Notes: a model not told the origin generated them from the letters alone. DNA of 39,959 nt from Octopus bimaculoides (GCF_001194135.2 NC_068984.1:134978323-135018281), one strand, 5' to 3'; positions 1 to 11,945 are shown, counted from the stretch's first letter. Made by a program: numbers and translations.

Positions 1-63
<63 letters not shown>
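1..63. repeat. (CA)n(TA)n microsatellite, probably the internal microsatellite of the adjacent SINE
   Basis: Directly visible; abuts the SINE head at 65-227 in the same arrangement as the copy at 8945-9353. Confidence 0.95.
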
Positions 64-64
<1 letters not shown>

Positions 65-65
<1 letters not shown>

Positions 66-227
66 CGATGGGCTTCTTTCAGTCAACCCGCCAAATCCAC
101 TCACAAAGATTTGGTCGGCCCGAGGCTATAGTAAACGACACCTGCCCACGGTGCCACGCAGGGTGACTGATTCCAGAACCATGTGTTTGAGAAGCAAGCT
201 GCTTACCACACAACCACTCCAGCGCCT
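65..227 (-). mobile_element. SINE family 2 (tRNA-derived head + CORE-like segment), 5' half
   Basis: Reverse complement aligns with 8945-9108 and 20110-20272 (aggcgc.ggagtgg.tgtgtggtaag...ggcacc.tgggca.gtg...ctatag...gggccgac...ttgtgagtggatttgg). Confidence 0.9.
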
Positions 228-279
228 ATGTTTACAATTTTAAATGTCTGCAGTAAATTATTGTCATTTGTGACCTTAC

Positions 280-372
280 CTAGACTGGCCTTTCACGTCT
301 ACTTTACTGGAACATTTAACGTTTGACCTCTCACCCCGATGCAGCACTGACATATCTCTATCATTGCCATTA
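280..372 (-). CDS. Candidate internal exon, 93 nt, phase 2-2 (NGNDRDMSVLHRGERSNVKCSSKVDVKGQS), product unknown
   Basis: Strong donor AG|gtaagg; weaker acceptor aatattaaag|; one open frame. No homology recognised. Confidence 0.22.
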
Positions 373-610
373 CTTTAATATTTAAAAAAAAATTTTATTC
401 TTTTTTTTGAACCAATCTTATTTTTATATACCCCCTATCCACATCCTAACACACTTAATACTCCACAAAATCCTCCCATTTTTAAACTGCATCCTGTCAA
501 CTTCCCAAATATGAACCTCTCCCTTGTATTAAATATATTTAATATACCGTGTAAATCGACTCGGCTGAGTTGCTTGTCATTACATTTACTCCTATATATA
601 TATATTTCTA

Positions 611-987
611 AGACTTGGAAATATTAATATTTCTATTTTTGAAATCCAGTGGATGTATTCCACTAAAGTTAGGTAAATAATCCTTCGTACGGACAGTCAG
701 TAGCGACGCCTGCTGGGTTCGGCTGCTCTACATTGATAAGGAGCAACAACCTGAAACTAGTCTGTAAATGCCAGACCAGCGAGGGAAAGCGGCTGACCTT
801 CCCTGTTCGAAGTTTATAATGGACACAGGTTCGTGTGTCACATAGCTACCTAGAGGTGATGGCTTCTTGGAGCTAATCAACGGTAGCATTCGTAATATGT
901 TTTGGACTGCCATGTTAGCTTGGCGATAACTATTAATATAATATCCAGTACCGCTGCCGTAGTCTTCTTTAGAGAGACTTAGAAATA

Positions 988-994
<7 letters not shown>
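611..994 (+). mobile_element. 364-bp unit bounded by 20-bp direct repeats and carrying one hammerhead-like motif; Penelope pLTR- or retrozyme-like
   Basis: agacttggaaatattaatat (611-630) vs agacttagaaatattaatat (975-994), 1 mismatch; (TA)n on both sides; contains GAAACTAGTC. Confidence 0.45.
729..766 (+). ncRNA. Minimal type I hammerhead-like motif with U3-A8 core variant
   Basis: taca-TTGATAA-GG..CC(T)-GAAA-CTAG-TC-tgta: helix I taca/tgta, palindromic helix III ACTAGT, GUC triplet. Stem II is weak. Confidence 0.45.
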
Positions 995-1018
<24 letters not shown>

Positions 1019-1195
1019 CTTACACCCCCACCACATNNNNNNNNNNNNNNNNNNNNNNNNNNNNNNNNNNNNNNNNNNNNNNNNNNNNNNNNNNNNNNNN
1101 NNNNNNNNNNNNNNNNNNNNNNNNNNNNNNNNNNNNNNNNNNNNNNNNNNNNNNNNNNNNNNNNNNNNNNNNNNNNNNNNNNNNNNNNNNNNNNN

Positions 1196-1235
<40 letters not shown>

Positions 1236-1853
1236 CATGGGTTTACAATACGTGAATAAATTTCACTATTCCTGCTCCAAACGTATTTGGTTTTGAAAGT
1301 ATTTCGTTAAGGGAATTTCGAGAAGGTGAAGCACAGATGTTAGTTCCTTAAGAATTCCTACCACCATATTATTGTGCTGCACTAGATTGTTGCTGGTATT
1401 ATTTATTAAACAAGATCAGAATGTCTCTTAAATCAATATGCAATGTTTTTTGTTTTAATTTCCTGCAATAACCTATGACCCTAGTCTATAAATTTGTCAT
1501 CAGTCAATGGTCTACTGCTTCATCTTGAGTAAATATTTCTTGAGGACTAATACACATGGAGGGAGCTTTATATTTGGACAACGCTTATCGTTTATAATTA
1601 CGAAAACTATTTAATTTAGTTCTGTGGGCTGTGAGTCAGCTAATGCGACAGTGAACAAATTAATCTCATGACCCGTATATTTCATTAAAATTATTCAATT
1701 CATTTTTGGGAATAGCAGTTTTAGCGTGGGTATAAGGGTGTGACAAATAGAATTTTGTAGGGGCATAAATATCTTTTAAGACTTTGTTGCGAAAATGAAA
1801 ATAGTAATCTAGTAGGTGATGAACTATTTTGAAACCAGAGACAAAGAGAGCCA

Positions 1854-1897
1854 CTGATGAGCATTAATAAAATGCGAATTCAAGCACATGCTTGAAT
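1854..1897 (+). ncRNA. Hammerhead-like partial motif (CUGAUGA + stem II + GAA + stem III), no convincing helix I
   Basis: CTGATGA GCATT-aataa-AATGC GAA TTCAAGC-acat-GCTTGAA T read directly. Confidence 0.25.
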
Positions 1898-2093
1898 GAT
1901 GTAGAGAGGTTGCCTCCCTATCAGTCATTAAGATAAGTGCTTTCTCGTGACTATGAGCTGCTTCGACTCTTATTTCCAATAATACTGGTCCTGACTAATG
2001 CCTTTAGCTACTTTAGTGACGTATATATTTCCGATTTTCGGTTGCAAAATTGCGAATAAGCCACCCTTATATACATATATATATATATATATT

Positions 2094-2276
2094 GAGAATT
2101 TCCTAGAAAAACAAAAAACAAAAATCAAAGACGGGTGTGTAAACAACAAACAGTTTAACGCTCGGGAAGGGAGAAAGTCTTTTACGTTTCGAGCCTACGC
2201 TCTTCGACAGAAACGAACACAGAAATAAACAAGGAAAGAAAATAGAAAAAAGGTTTAGTGGCTAGCGATCTATCAT
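2094..2276 (-). mobile_element. Penelope-like terminal repeat (pLTR-like), copy 1, with A6U hammerhead-like motif
   Basis: Homologous to 20469-20658 and 21550-21703; minus strand reads tttCTGTCGAAGAGCgtagGCTCGAAACGTAaaag; 3' end aattctc abuts (TA)n. Confidence 0.6.
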
Positions 2277-3360
2277 GACGAATGCCGGACAGAGGGGTCA
2301 CACAGGAGAGCTAGGAAGAATGGGAGATAACAAAGTTGTGGTGATCCCAAAACGAAGGTGCATGTGTGTGTGCATGTGAGAGCGTGTATGTGCGTGTGGA
2401 AGGGGGCTGGTGACCTTCACATGTGAGTGTTTGCATGTGTATCTGTGTCGATGATGGTGTAGGTGCTGGGAAGTATGTATATATGTATATACATACATAC
2501 ATACATACATATATATATATATATGTGTGTGTGTGTATATATATATATATGTATANNNNNNNNNNNNNNNNNNNNNNNNNNNNNNNNNNNNNNNNNNNNN
2601 NNNNNNNNNNNNNNNNNNNNNNNNNNNNNNNNNNNNNNNNNNNNNNNTATATATATATATATATATATATGAAAAAACCTTGGAAGTGCCGAATGTGTTA
2701 CGGCGCGAAAAGTAAATTCCGAAAGCAGTATAGCTGTGAAAACAGTAAAGAAAGATTGGGGATTTGTACTTAGAAGACGGAAAAAAGTCGTGCTTGTGTG
2801 GGTCATTGATGAACTGGCTACAAAATAGGGACCTACACTGGAAGCCTCGGTATGTGTTCACTGAGAACTATGATTTCGCAGTGCAGAAAGGTGAGTTGTA
2901 TGTACTCATTACAAGAGGAGATATGATCAAAATGTCACTTGTATCAAGAAGTTTGGAGGGTGATAAAGAAGGGAGACGTATTTGGGAGAATGAGATAGGG
3001 AGACATTGAGCCAGATAAATGGAGGTTGTCATTGTTAAGACACAGGTGGCAGAGGTGGACAGAGCACGTAGTGAATGCGCAAGCGCAAATGCTACCATTT
3101 AAATTAAATGTGTGTATAGAGTTTTATCCTGAATAACTGAAGAGGTTTATAGATAAGAGTTGGGAAATTTGTGTTAGTGAGTAATAGGATTTTAAATTTA
3201 CCTATGAGTAAGAGGTGATGTGCGGGAACGAGGTTTGAGAAAAGAAGACAACAACTTTGAATGCTTGAGGAGCGGACAGAGAATAGAATGCCAGGTTTAG
3301 ATTTATAGTTTGGCAACAGGCGGAAGTGTAGATGATGATGAATGTGTTGACGTATCGATT
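2277..3360 (-). mobile_element. Degraded body continuing from the pLTR-like end, probable Penelope-like element remnant interrupted by a microsatellite and gap
   Basis: Contiguous with the terminal repeat, strong purine skew on +; minus-strand fragments (TCVLTMTTSIYLAQC, TYRGFQCRSL) only faintly recall GIY-YIG-region motifs. Confidence 0.3.
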
Positions 3361-4654
3361 TTTAAGACAGCGTGGTTTGAGAATATTCTGCTGGTATTTC
3401 TAGCAGGTCTCCTGATGGCTTGTGGAATTTAATATTTCAAATCTCTCTTAAACTTGTGATTTAAATCTAATTAAGATATATTTTCTTATCCTAATGAAGT
3501 AAATTTCTAATTAAAATGTTTATTGAAATTATATATTTGATTTCGATACACAGCTTTTGAAATTTGCTTAAAAAGATTATTAAATTAAAAGAATATTTCA
3601 CTACCACGCATTTTTTGATTTTGTTTTTGTTCTCTTATTTGTATTATTTTATTTGTAATAACTTTATATTGTTAAAATTTCAATTTTTTAGAATTCAGAT
3701 GATTTTAATGAAAAAAAAAAGCTTTTGTGTAAATGATAATGAAAACAATTTACCATTTTTAATTAAGATTATATTGCGCAATAAACGAGGGAAGAAGATT
3801 ACGTATAGTTTGCGAAAATTTACTAAAGAGCTGCTTCAATCATTGCAAAAATTAACAGTAGTTATCACAGATTGTATAGTTTCGTAAATAATGAATTTGT
3901 TTCTGTCTGACATAACTGAACTATTTGCTTCTGCTATTGAAGTCTGGAGTTTGTTTATACAAGTGAAGATCTTTCATACCACTGTAACTGCGTGGGTTGT
4001 AATTATTCAGACTACACTTCTAATCCACCAATTCTAGTCAGTAAATGAAAGCTTCTGATTAAAATATGCATAGGTTTTTGCTGAACGGATTAATAAACAC
4101 AAAGCTAGTATGAAAATCGCTTAGCAGTTTTCGACGAAAGCTATGTATGGCAAATAGCTGTTAAACTATTTGTCGTATATAGTCAATAAAATTGAGCACT
4201 TTCAAGCAATTATTTTTACAGTTTTGCTTCATGATATTTAACAGGGTCACTTTTGTCAAAGCATATTTACGAATGTTAATGTTTTCAGGCATAAAATTCA
4301 TAACATAATATTTTTTTCCGAAAACGGAACTGTTTTCATTAAACTAAAGTAACTCATAGTTGTCATGAATTATAGCAAATAATTTCAGAATATTGTTTTG
4401 GCTGAAAATATAAAACTGAAAATCTTGCAATTTCATTAAAATTTTTATTTTCTTGAATCCTACCATTCGCTTAATGAAAGGAGCAAAATGTTACAATAAT
4501 GCATTCCATACAATCTAAATTATAAACATTTTCATTTCTATTTAGCACAGGAATCTTGCCGCCGTCACACTATCTATCTTTCTCTCCCCCACCCACTCTC
4601 TCTCTCTCTCGCTCTTGCCTTTCTCTCTAATTCTTTCCCTCTCCCTTATTACAG

Positions 4655-4748
4655 CGCTCTGTTTTAGAGAGGGTTGTGGCAATAACAATGGGCAGAAGCA
4701 GCTTAAGTTTGATAAGCGATTTGTTCATTGTTAGGAAAGTAGACTGGG
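4655..4748 (+). CDS. Candidate exon, 94 nt (RSVLERVVAITMGRSSLSLISDLFIVRKVDW), possibly containing a start codon at 4688 (acaATGg)
   Basis: Long pyrimidine tract + tacag| and GGG|gtaagt; only one frame is open. The tract is partly a (TC)n microsatellite. Confidence 0.3.
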
Positions 4749-5365
4749 GTAAGTTGCACAGCAGCAGATATTAGAAGAAATATAATTAGTGAATTGTCAA
4801 ATATTCTACGTAATTTCAATAATTTAAAGAAATATGTGCGTGTGGTAAAGTAGAAGTGTTCCTGAGAGTTGATCTTGTCAAGGAAACCTGATGTCATTGA
4901 AATGTCATAGCAGACATATTCTTAGACTAACAGTCTGAAAACGAAAGCGTAAATTAGAACAAGCATCTTTAAATGTTCTCCATTTTAAAATTCTGTTCTG
5001 CGTAGGAAATTAAGCATGCATATGTGTATTTTGATGTTTATATGAGCTGTTATTTATGAATAGTTGCTGCGGAGGTGGTATGTCTGTAGTGAAGTGTGCG
5101 TGCATCTACTTTGCAAGAAGCAAGATAAATTCATGAATTCACTGATTTATTTCCGCTCAATTATCTATTAACATATTTAAACGGACACTTCACACCCACG
5201 TCTCATGCAAACCAACACACAAGCATACATGCTAAAAAAAATAAATGAAACAAAAGAGTACAAAGTACTCACAGTCTGATCGCTTAACTTTTCTCTCATG
5301 AACATTTTCAGACAAACATGCGTATAATTTATACATATGTAAATCCATACATACACCATCGCGCT

Positions 5366-5368
5366 TGT

Positions 5369-5414
<46 letters not shown>

Positions 5415-5585
5415 TCATACTCCCTCACTCTCATACACATATATATATATTTATATATATATACATACTTTTATATAAATATATATATATGCAGATATAC
5501 TCATATATATATATATGTATATGTATACACACACATACACACACGCACACACACACATATATATGTATGAATATATATGCATACA
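5366..5585. repeat. Compound (CA)n/(TA)n microsatellite field
   Basis: Directly visible. Confidence 0.95.
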
Positions 5586-5861
5586 TACAGGAAGAAAAGA
5601 GCGGGAGAGGGAGAAAATGGAGGGACAGAGTGAGAGAGGGCGTCATTTTACTTTATTCGTTTTCACAAACTGATAGACGCACGCTGCGAATTTATTAGGC
5701 TCAACTATATGAAACGTATTAATAGTATCACATTGACCTGCAAGTACACAAGAGACTCACATATGTGCATTCAAAAACGTCCATTAAATATCTATATACG
5801 TGTTTATGCCCATGGGTGTGTATGCATATCTATCTGTCTTAAATCTTTATTGCCCACAATT

Positions 5862-6071
5862 AGCTAAACAGAGAGGTGACAAACAAGAACAGACAGACAG
5901 GTTAAGTTAATTGCATCGACTCCAGGGCGTAACTGGTACTTAATTTATCGACCTCGAAAGGATAAAAGGCAAAGTCGACCGCGGTGGGATTTGAACTCAG
6001 AGCGTAACGGCAGACGAAACATTGCTAAGCATTTCGCCCGGCGTGCTAACGTTTCTGCCAGCTCCCGCCTT
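5862..6071 (-). mobile_element. SINE family 1 (tRNA-derived head + Meta-domain-like segment)
   Basis: Reverse complement matches ggcg.gagctggcagaaacgttagcacgccgggcgaaatgcttagc...ctgagttcaaat...gtcgactttgcctt..atcctttcg.ggtcgataaattaagtacc of the 15.4, 17.4 and 22.8 kb copies. Confidence 0.92.
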
Positions 6072-6375
6072 ATCTTTCTACCTTACTCTCCCACAATGTC
6101 TATCCATTTACATTTACACAGCGATCTATCTACCTGTGTATGTGTGTGTATGTGTATATTTATGCATATTTATGAGTGTATGTATATATATATATATNNN
6201 NNNNNNNNNNNNNNNNNNNNNNNNNNNNNNNNNNNNNNNNNNNNNNNNNNNNNNNNNNNNNNNNNNNNNNNNNNNNNNNNNNNNNNNTTACAGATTTTTA
6301 TTACTATGTCACATGTTTTTATAAACCATATATTAGCCCTTGCATCTACTCTGATAGATTTTTCAGATTCTTATT

Positions 6376-6377
6376 TA

Positions 6378-6426
<49 letters not shown>

Positions 6427-6463
6427 ATCTATTTATCTGTCTGTCTGTCTGTCTGCCTGTCTG

Positions 6464-6495
<32 letters not shown>
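6376..6495. repeat. (TATC)n/(TGTC)n tetranucleotide microsatellite
   Basis: Directly visible. Confidence 0.95.
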
Positions 6496-6496
<1 letters not shown>

Positions 6497-7044
6497 ATAC
6501 ATATATACATTTAGATACCTATGCATGTATGTGTGTAAGATATTAATTAACTAAAAGACAGTAAACATTAATGGTACAAGGAACAGAATAGAGGGTGACA
6601 GTGACTACAAAGCTAGCATATCACGAAATAAGTCTGCGATTCTTTGCCTGTGTGCAGATGTGCAACACTAAATACCAACCTGAACTAATTCTCGCATTCT
6701 CTCTTAATTCATACATACATAATATTTACATATACGCAAACCTACTCACTTAACTGCGTACCTACACGCAATTATGCATACGCACACTGGTACGTGCATT
6801 TGAAAAGGTACAAACGCTTGCAGGAGCAATTTGCTTTTCTGTGGTTTATATGCTGATTTTTAAAATTAATTTCTGCTAATTTCCGATGTTTTTTATTTTG
6901 TTTTCTCAGCAAATGGCTTTCTCCATTTGCTGTCATCGACACATTCATTTAAATATACTTTGTCATCTGCCAATGTTTTCCTCTTAATTTTATTTCTGAT
7001 TAAATTCACTGCATGTGGATTGTTATTTCTGTTTTCTCTGCCTC

Positions 7045-7130
<86 letters not shown>

Positions 7131-7200
7131 TTATAGACACACAAAAATATATGTGTATCTACGTATACTTTTATACATGGACATGTATATATTTACGCAT

Positions 7201-7253
<53 letters not shown>

Positions 7254-7320
7254 GGTGTGTGTGTTTGTCTGTATATATATATATATATAGATATATATAT
7301 ACGCATGTGTGTGTGTGAGA
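7045..7320. repeat. (TGTC)n,(TC)n,(TA)n,(TG)n compound microsatellites
   Basis: Directly visible. Confidence 0.95.
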
Positions 7321-7461
7321 GAGAGTTTGTGTGTTATGTATGTGTGTAGGTGAAGTATGCTTGTCTATTTATCAAGCTACTAACCTACATACCAAATGTC
7401 TCTATTACTATCTGCTTGTCTGTCTATTTGTCTCTTTGTCCCTCTGTTTCTCTCTGTTTGC

Positions 7462-7462
<1 letters not shown>

Positions 7463-7534
<72 letters not shown>

Positions 7535-7555
7535 CATCTATCTATCTATCTATCT
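7463..7555. repeat. (TATC)n running into a 744-N gap
   Basis: Directly visible. Confidence 0.95.
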
Positions 7556-8326
7556 NNNNNNNNNNNNNNNNNNNNNNNNNNNNNNNNNNNNNNNNNNNNN
7601 NNNNNNNNNNNNNNNNNNNNNNNNNNNNNNNNNNNNNNNNNNNNNNNNNNNNNNNNNNNNNNNNNNNNNNNNNNNNNNNNNNNNNNNNNNNNNNNNNNNN
7701 NNNNNNNNNNNNNNNNNNNNNNNNNNNNNNNNNNNNNNNNNNNNNNNNNNNNNNNNNNNNNNNNNNNNNNNNNNNNNNNNNNNNNNNNNNNNNNNNNNNN
7801 NNNNNNNNNNNNNNNNNNNNNNNNNNNNNNNNNNNNNNNNNNNNNNNNNNNNNNNNNNNNNNNNNNNNNNNNNNNNNNNNNNNNNNNNNNNNNNNNNNNN
7901 NNNNNNNNNNNNNNNNNNNNNNNNNNNNNNNNNNNNNNNNNNNNNNNNNNNNNNNNNNNNNNNNNNNNNNNNNNNNNNNNNNNNNNNNNNNNNNNNNNNN
8001 NNNNNNNNNNNNNNNNNNNNNNNNNNNNNNNNNNNNNNNNNNNNNNNNNNNNNNNNNNNNNNNNNNNNNNNNNNNNNNNNNNNNNNNNNNNNNNNNNNNN
8101 NNNNNNNNNNNNNNNNNNNNNNNNNNNNNNNNNNNNNNNNNNNNNNNNNNNNNNNNNNNNNNNNNNNNNNNNNNNNNNNNNNNNNNNNNNNNNNNNNNNN
8201 NNNNNNNNNNNNNNNNNNNNNNNNNNNNNNNNNNNNNNNNNNNNNNNNNNNNNNNNNNNNNNNNNNNNNNNNNNNNNNNNNNNNNNNNNNNNNNNNNNNA
8301 TTACTGCCACTGCTGCTATTAAAACA

Positions 8327-8360
8327 TGGTGATGATAATGATGACGACGACGACGATAAC

Positions 8361-8428
<68 letters not shown>

Positions 8429-8465
8429 TGATGATGATGATGATGATGATGGTGATGATGATAAT
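8327..8465. repeat. (GAT/GAC)n-(AAT)n-(GAT)n trinucleotide microsatellite
   Basis: Directly visible; source of the spurious poly-N/D/I/M ORFs. Confidence 0.95.
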
Positions 8466-8944
8466 AAAGAAAATAAGAATATGGTCGCTATTTCCTTCTG
8501 TAGATAAAACACTAGAAAATTATAATTAAATCACGTACAACTAGCTCAGCTACGTGCGCAGAAAATGAAGAAGAAGAATACGAGAGGGGTGATAACCATA
8601 CATAGGATCTATATATCTAGGAATACAGAAGTGCGACGTGCTTTACTTATGCATGGATGGTTGAAAGGAAGCGTATAATTTCTTTCTAATGTAGTCAAAG
8701 AAAATAATCCCGTGCCGTAGAAAATTAACATAGAATGAAAGCTGTGATAGAGAGGCAAATAAAAACGAAAGTGTAAATACATTAATCTCGAACAGGGAAC
8801 AAATGTTTTATAAAAGTATGGTAATAGCTATCACTGCAATTGAATTGTCAACGTGTTAACCGTGTCTCTGCCTTTTCCAATGTGTGATATTTATCAATAA
8901 GGGGTAGAATCTGGCCAATGGGAGAAAATAGAAGAAATAAGTTT

Positions 8945-9353
8945 AGGCGCAGGAGTGGCTGTGTGGTAAGTAGCTCGCTTACCAGCCACATGTTTCCGGG
9001 TTCATTCCTACTGCGTGGCACCTTGGGCAATTGTCTTCTACTATAGCCTCGGGCCGACAAAAGCCTTGTGAGTGGATTTGGTACACGGAAATTGGAAGAA
9101 GTCCGTCGTATATATATGTATATATATATATATATATNNNNNNNNNNGTCTGTCTGTGTTTGTCCCCGCAACACCGCTTGACAACCGATGCTGGTGTATT
9201 TACGTCCCCGCAACTTAGCGGTTCGGCAAAAGAGACCGATAGAATAAGTACTAGGCTTCCAAAGAATAAGTACTGGGATCGATTTGGTCGACTAAAGGCG
9301 GTGCTCCAGCATGGTCGCAGTCAAATGACTGAAACAAGTAAAAGAGTAAAGAG
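8945..9353 (+). mobile_element. SINE family 2, near full length: tRNA-like head, CORE-like caccttgggcaa, internal (TA)n, conserved 3' tail ending in A-rich short repeats
   Basis: A-box-like tggctgtgtgg and B-box-like gggttcattcc; tail (cgcttgacaaccgatgctggtg...gtgctccagcatgg.cgcagtcaaatgactgaaacaagt) is shared with 20680-20892 and 32470-32575. Confidence 0.92.
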
Positions 9354-9384
9354 TAATGAAGAAAAATCAAGAATATTTTGAATT

Positions 9385-11300
9385 GAATAAGTGTTGAAAA
9401 TTCTCAAGTGTTTAGGGCATATTCCTGCAAGGTTAGACAAAATGCTGAAGTTTAATAATTGGTGGCCCCTTCTGCGAAAACCCCATAGCTTTCATGCTAG
9501 TTTTGTTTCCTTCATCAAATCACGGATTAATCATCGTATTCAATCCTTCCTATATAGAATACCATTCGTCCGGAATTCTCTCCTTATTTGTATTTTACTT
9601 TCAGCTGTTTGAATTGCAAAGGTTCAACAGTAATAACACGAATCTCGGTATCCTAAGTGCTGTGGAAAATATGAGTTGTATTAGTTGGTCATGTCATCCT
9701 TTTATGTATCGATAATCCGAAGACGAGCGTTGAATTATTTTATTGAATGTTTATCATTGAGAATACATGTTCTGTAATTTCTGTTATTTTCTTAGGTATG
9801 CTATGCATAGAACATCCACTGTGTGCGGAAAGTATTCTGTTTCAAATATGATCAGGCTGAAAATAAATAGCGTAGAAAGTTGTCTCTTTCTTATATGCAA
9901 TTTAAGTATATGCAAGGTAAGCCTTTCTTATATGCAATGTAAGTATATCCTATCCCAGTTATATTTTACACGGTGGCACAGAATCGCATCAAAGATGTCC
10001 TTGTTTTTCTGTGTAAGCTTTTCAATTCCCGTGTTTTTCAGTTTATTATTACAGCTGTTATTTATAATCTGGACGGTTACCATACCTACTGTCTTATTTC
10101 CCCCACAGACAATTTTCAAAATTATTCTGGCTCTTCCATATTACTCTTTACTGATATTCCTATTTATTTGTGTGAGTTGCAAGTTAACAGTTTCATGTAA
10201 TTTCATTTATTTGTATGGATGGTTGAAGTCTAATTATTTTATTTCGGTGTCTATGTTTAAGTTAATATTCTCAGCTTTAATTAATTTAACTGCTCAATAC
10301 TGGCTTTGCGACGATCGTCAAATCCCATAATTGCATCAGCGGCTTCGTCGAATCTGTGAACAACTTTTTTGAGATTCTTTGTTTGATACTATCACTTGTA
10401 AATACCTTCAAGTAATATATCCAGTGTCGATTACTCGTAGTTTGTCAACAGTATCATCTAATACTGGTTATTTGAACATGTTTGTTAATACTGTCAGAGC
10501 TAAGTAAAAGAATACGAAACACATACTGATTCTGCTTCGAATGAAAAGGTAGCCATTAATTCACTCTTCTTCACTTTTAATAATATTATTTTCATTTTCA
10601 CATAGAATAGTTAATGAATATCATTTATGATCGAGCTGCTTTATTTATATATATATATCGCATCAAGTACTTTCTCGTAGCTATTCCAAACGTTGCTACG
10701 GTTAGAGTTTCTTTTCGTACAGTATCCTATAATCACACCATTCATCAACATGCTTTTTACAGCCAGTATCATCCGGTATTATTCTCCGCTCTTCTATCAA
10801 CATATCTGCAGATAAGATTTCTGACCAATCTGTTGCCCAGTGTAAAGTTTGTACGTTTATAGGATGGGAGCAAATGAGATACAGACATTATATTTTGTAA
10901 TTTTCAGGTAATGTTTTAAATATTACTTTTTCCGTTTCAAGCAGTCATTGGTTCGAGTCTACTTACCAATTCTTTCAATACTATCCTCATACGCCCATGC
11001 CTATTACGTAGATACTGCAAATACAAAATACACACATTGCTAATCACAGCTGTTTTCTTATTGCCCGATATTTTCAACGATTTATTGGATTTCTTGCCAG
11101 TTATAGCAGACAGGTCTTCAGGTGCTGTTATGTTTTTTTCTTTCCTTCCGTGTTTAGAAACATTGCAAATTTTTAAATTTTTATTTTGGTAACATTTTCG
11201 TGTCTTCTGGATATTTGATATTAAAAATAAAGTGTTTATGCAGAATCCTTCGACACTTGCTTAATATATTTGATTTTCTTGGATTATTATATAGCCATAA
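9385..11300 (-). mobile_element. Heavily degraded R4/Dong-clade non-LTR retrotransposon, RT region
   Basis: Frameshifted minus-strand peptides in the expected order: NVWNSYEKVLDA (~AWIDYKKAFDS), FFYLALTVLTNM (~LFCLALIPLS), ISKE*YGRARIILK (~IRKEYYRRLRLILK), IN*KTRELKSLHRKTR (~INWTKTELEELDRKTR), WDRIYL (~VDRLYL). Ends approximate. Confidence 0.65.
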
Positions 11301-11879
11301 GTCAATAATGATTCTCCAAATTTATAATCAAATTCATTATAGCCCTCTCGTATCTTAGACCCAGTACCGCTTTATGTATCCTCTCTTCTTTTTAAAAGAC
11401 TAGATGATAATTAAAAAAAATGACTCTACACAAAAAGAAAAGACTTGAACACTGCTCGGTCGATTGTTGGTAAATGTATTAAACTATTTCGTTCTCTACC
11501 ACTAAGTTTGAGAGAGATGTTGCTCAAAAACTCCACATTGCATTTATTGAAACATTTGAGAAAGCTGTTAATGCTCTTGCGACAACTATAGCAAAACCTG
11601 AAAGAGTCTTTTAGCTAGAAATATTGTAACAATAATCCATGAGAAGAAAATGAATAGCATTAACTGCTAAATATAGATATAAGACCCTGAAGATGAGAGT
11701 GTTAAGAAAGTCATAAACCCACATTTTTAGTTTCCAAATATTACATACAATATGATATGAAATATATATATATATATATANNNNNNNNNNNNNNNNNNNN
11801 NNNNNNNNNNNNNNNNNNNNNNNNNNNNNNNNNNNNNNNNNNNNNNNNNNNNNNNNNNNNNNNNNNNNNNNNNNNNNNN

Positions 11880-11945
<66 letters not shown>
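11880..11945. repeat. (CA)n(TA)n microsatellite at a gap edge
   Basis: Directly visible. Confidence 0.95.

Noticed and set aside
3930-4050. Short frame LEFVYTSEDLSYHCNCVGCNYSDYTSNPPILV
   Set aside because: Protein-like, but splice sites are weak and there is no phase partner or recognisable family.
8945-9010. tRNA-like sequences with A and B boxes (also the family 1 heads)
   Set aside because: They are SINE heads followed by SINE bodies; no complete cloverleaf or acceptor stem.
9886-9948. 26-bp direct repeat (ctttcttatatgcaat.taagtatat) spaced by 11 nt
   Set aside because: Small local duplication inside a decayed LINE; no sign of function.
9767-10330. 187-aa hydrophobic plus-strand ORF (and 9391..9612, 9494..9715, 10614..10862)
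   Set aside because: Antisense reading of the A-rich R4/Dong remnant; T-rich codons create false hydrophobicity.
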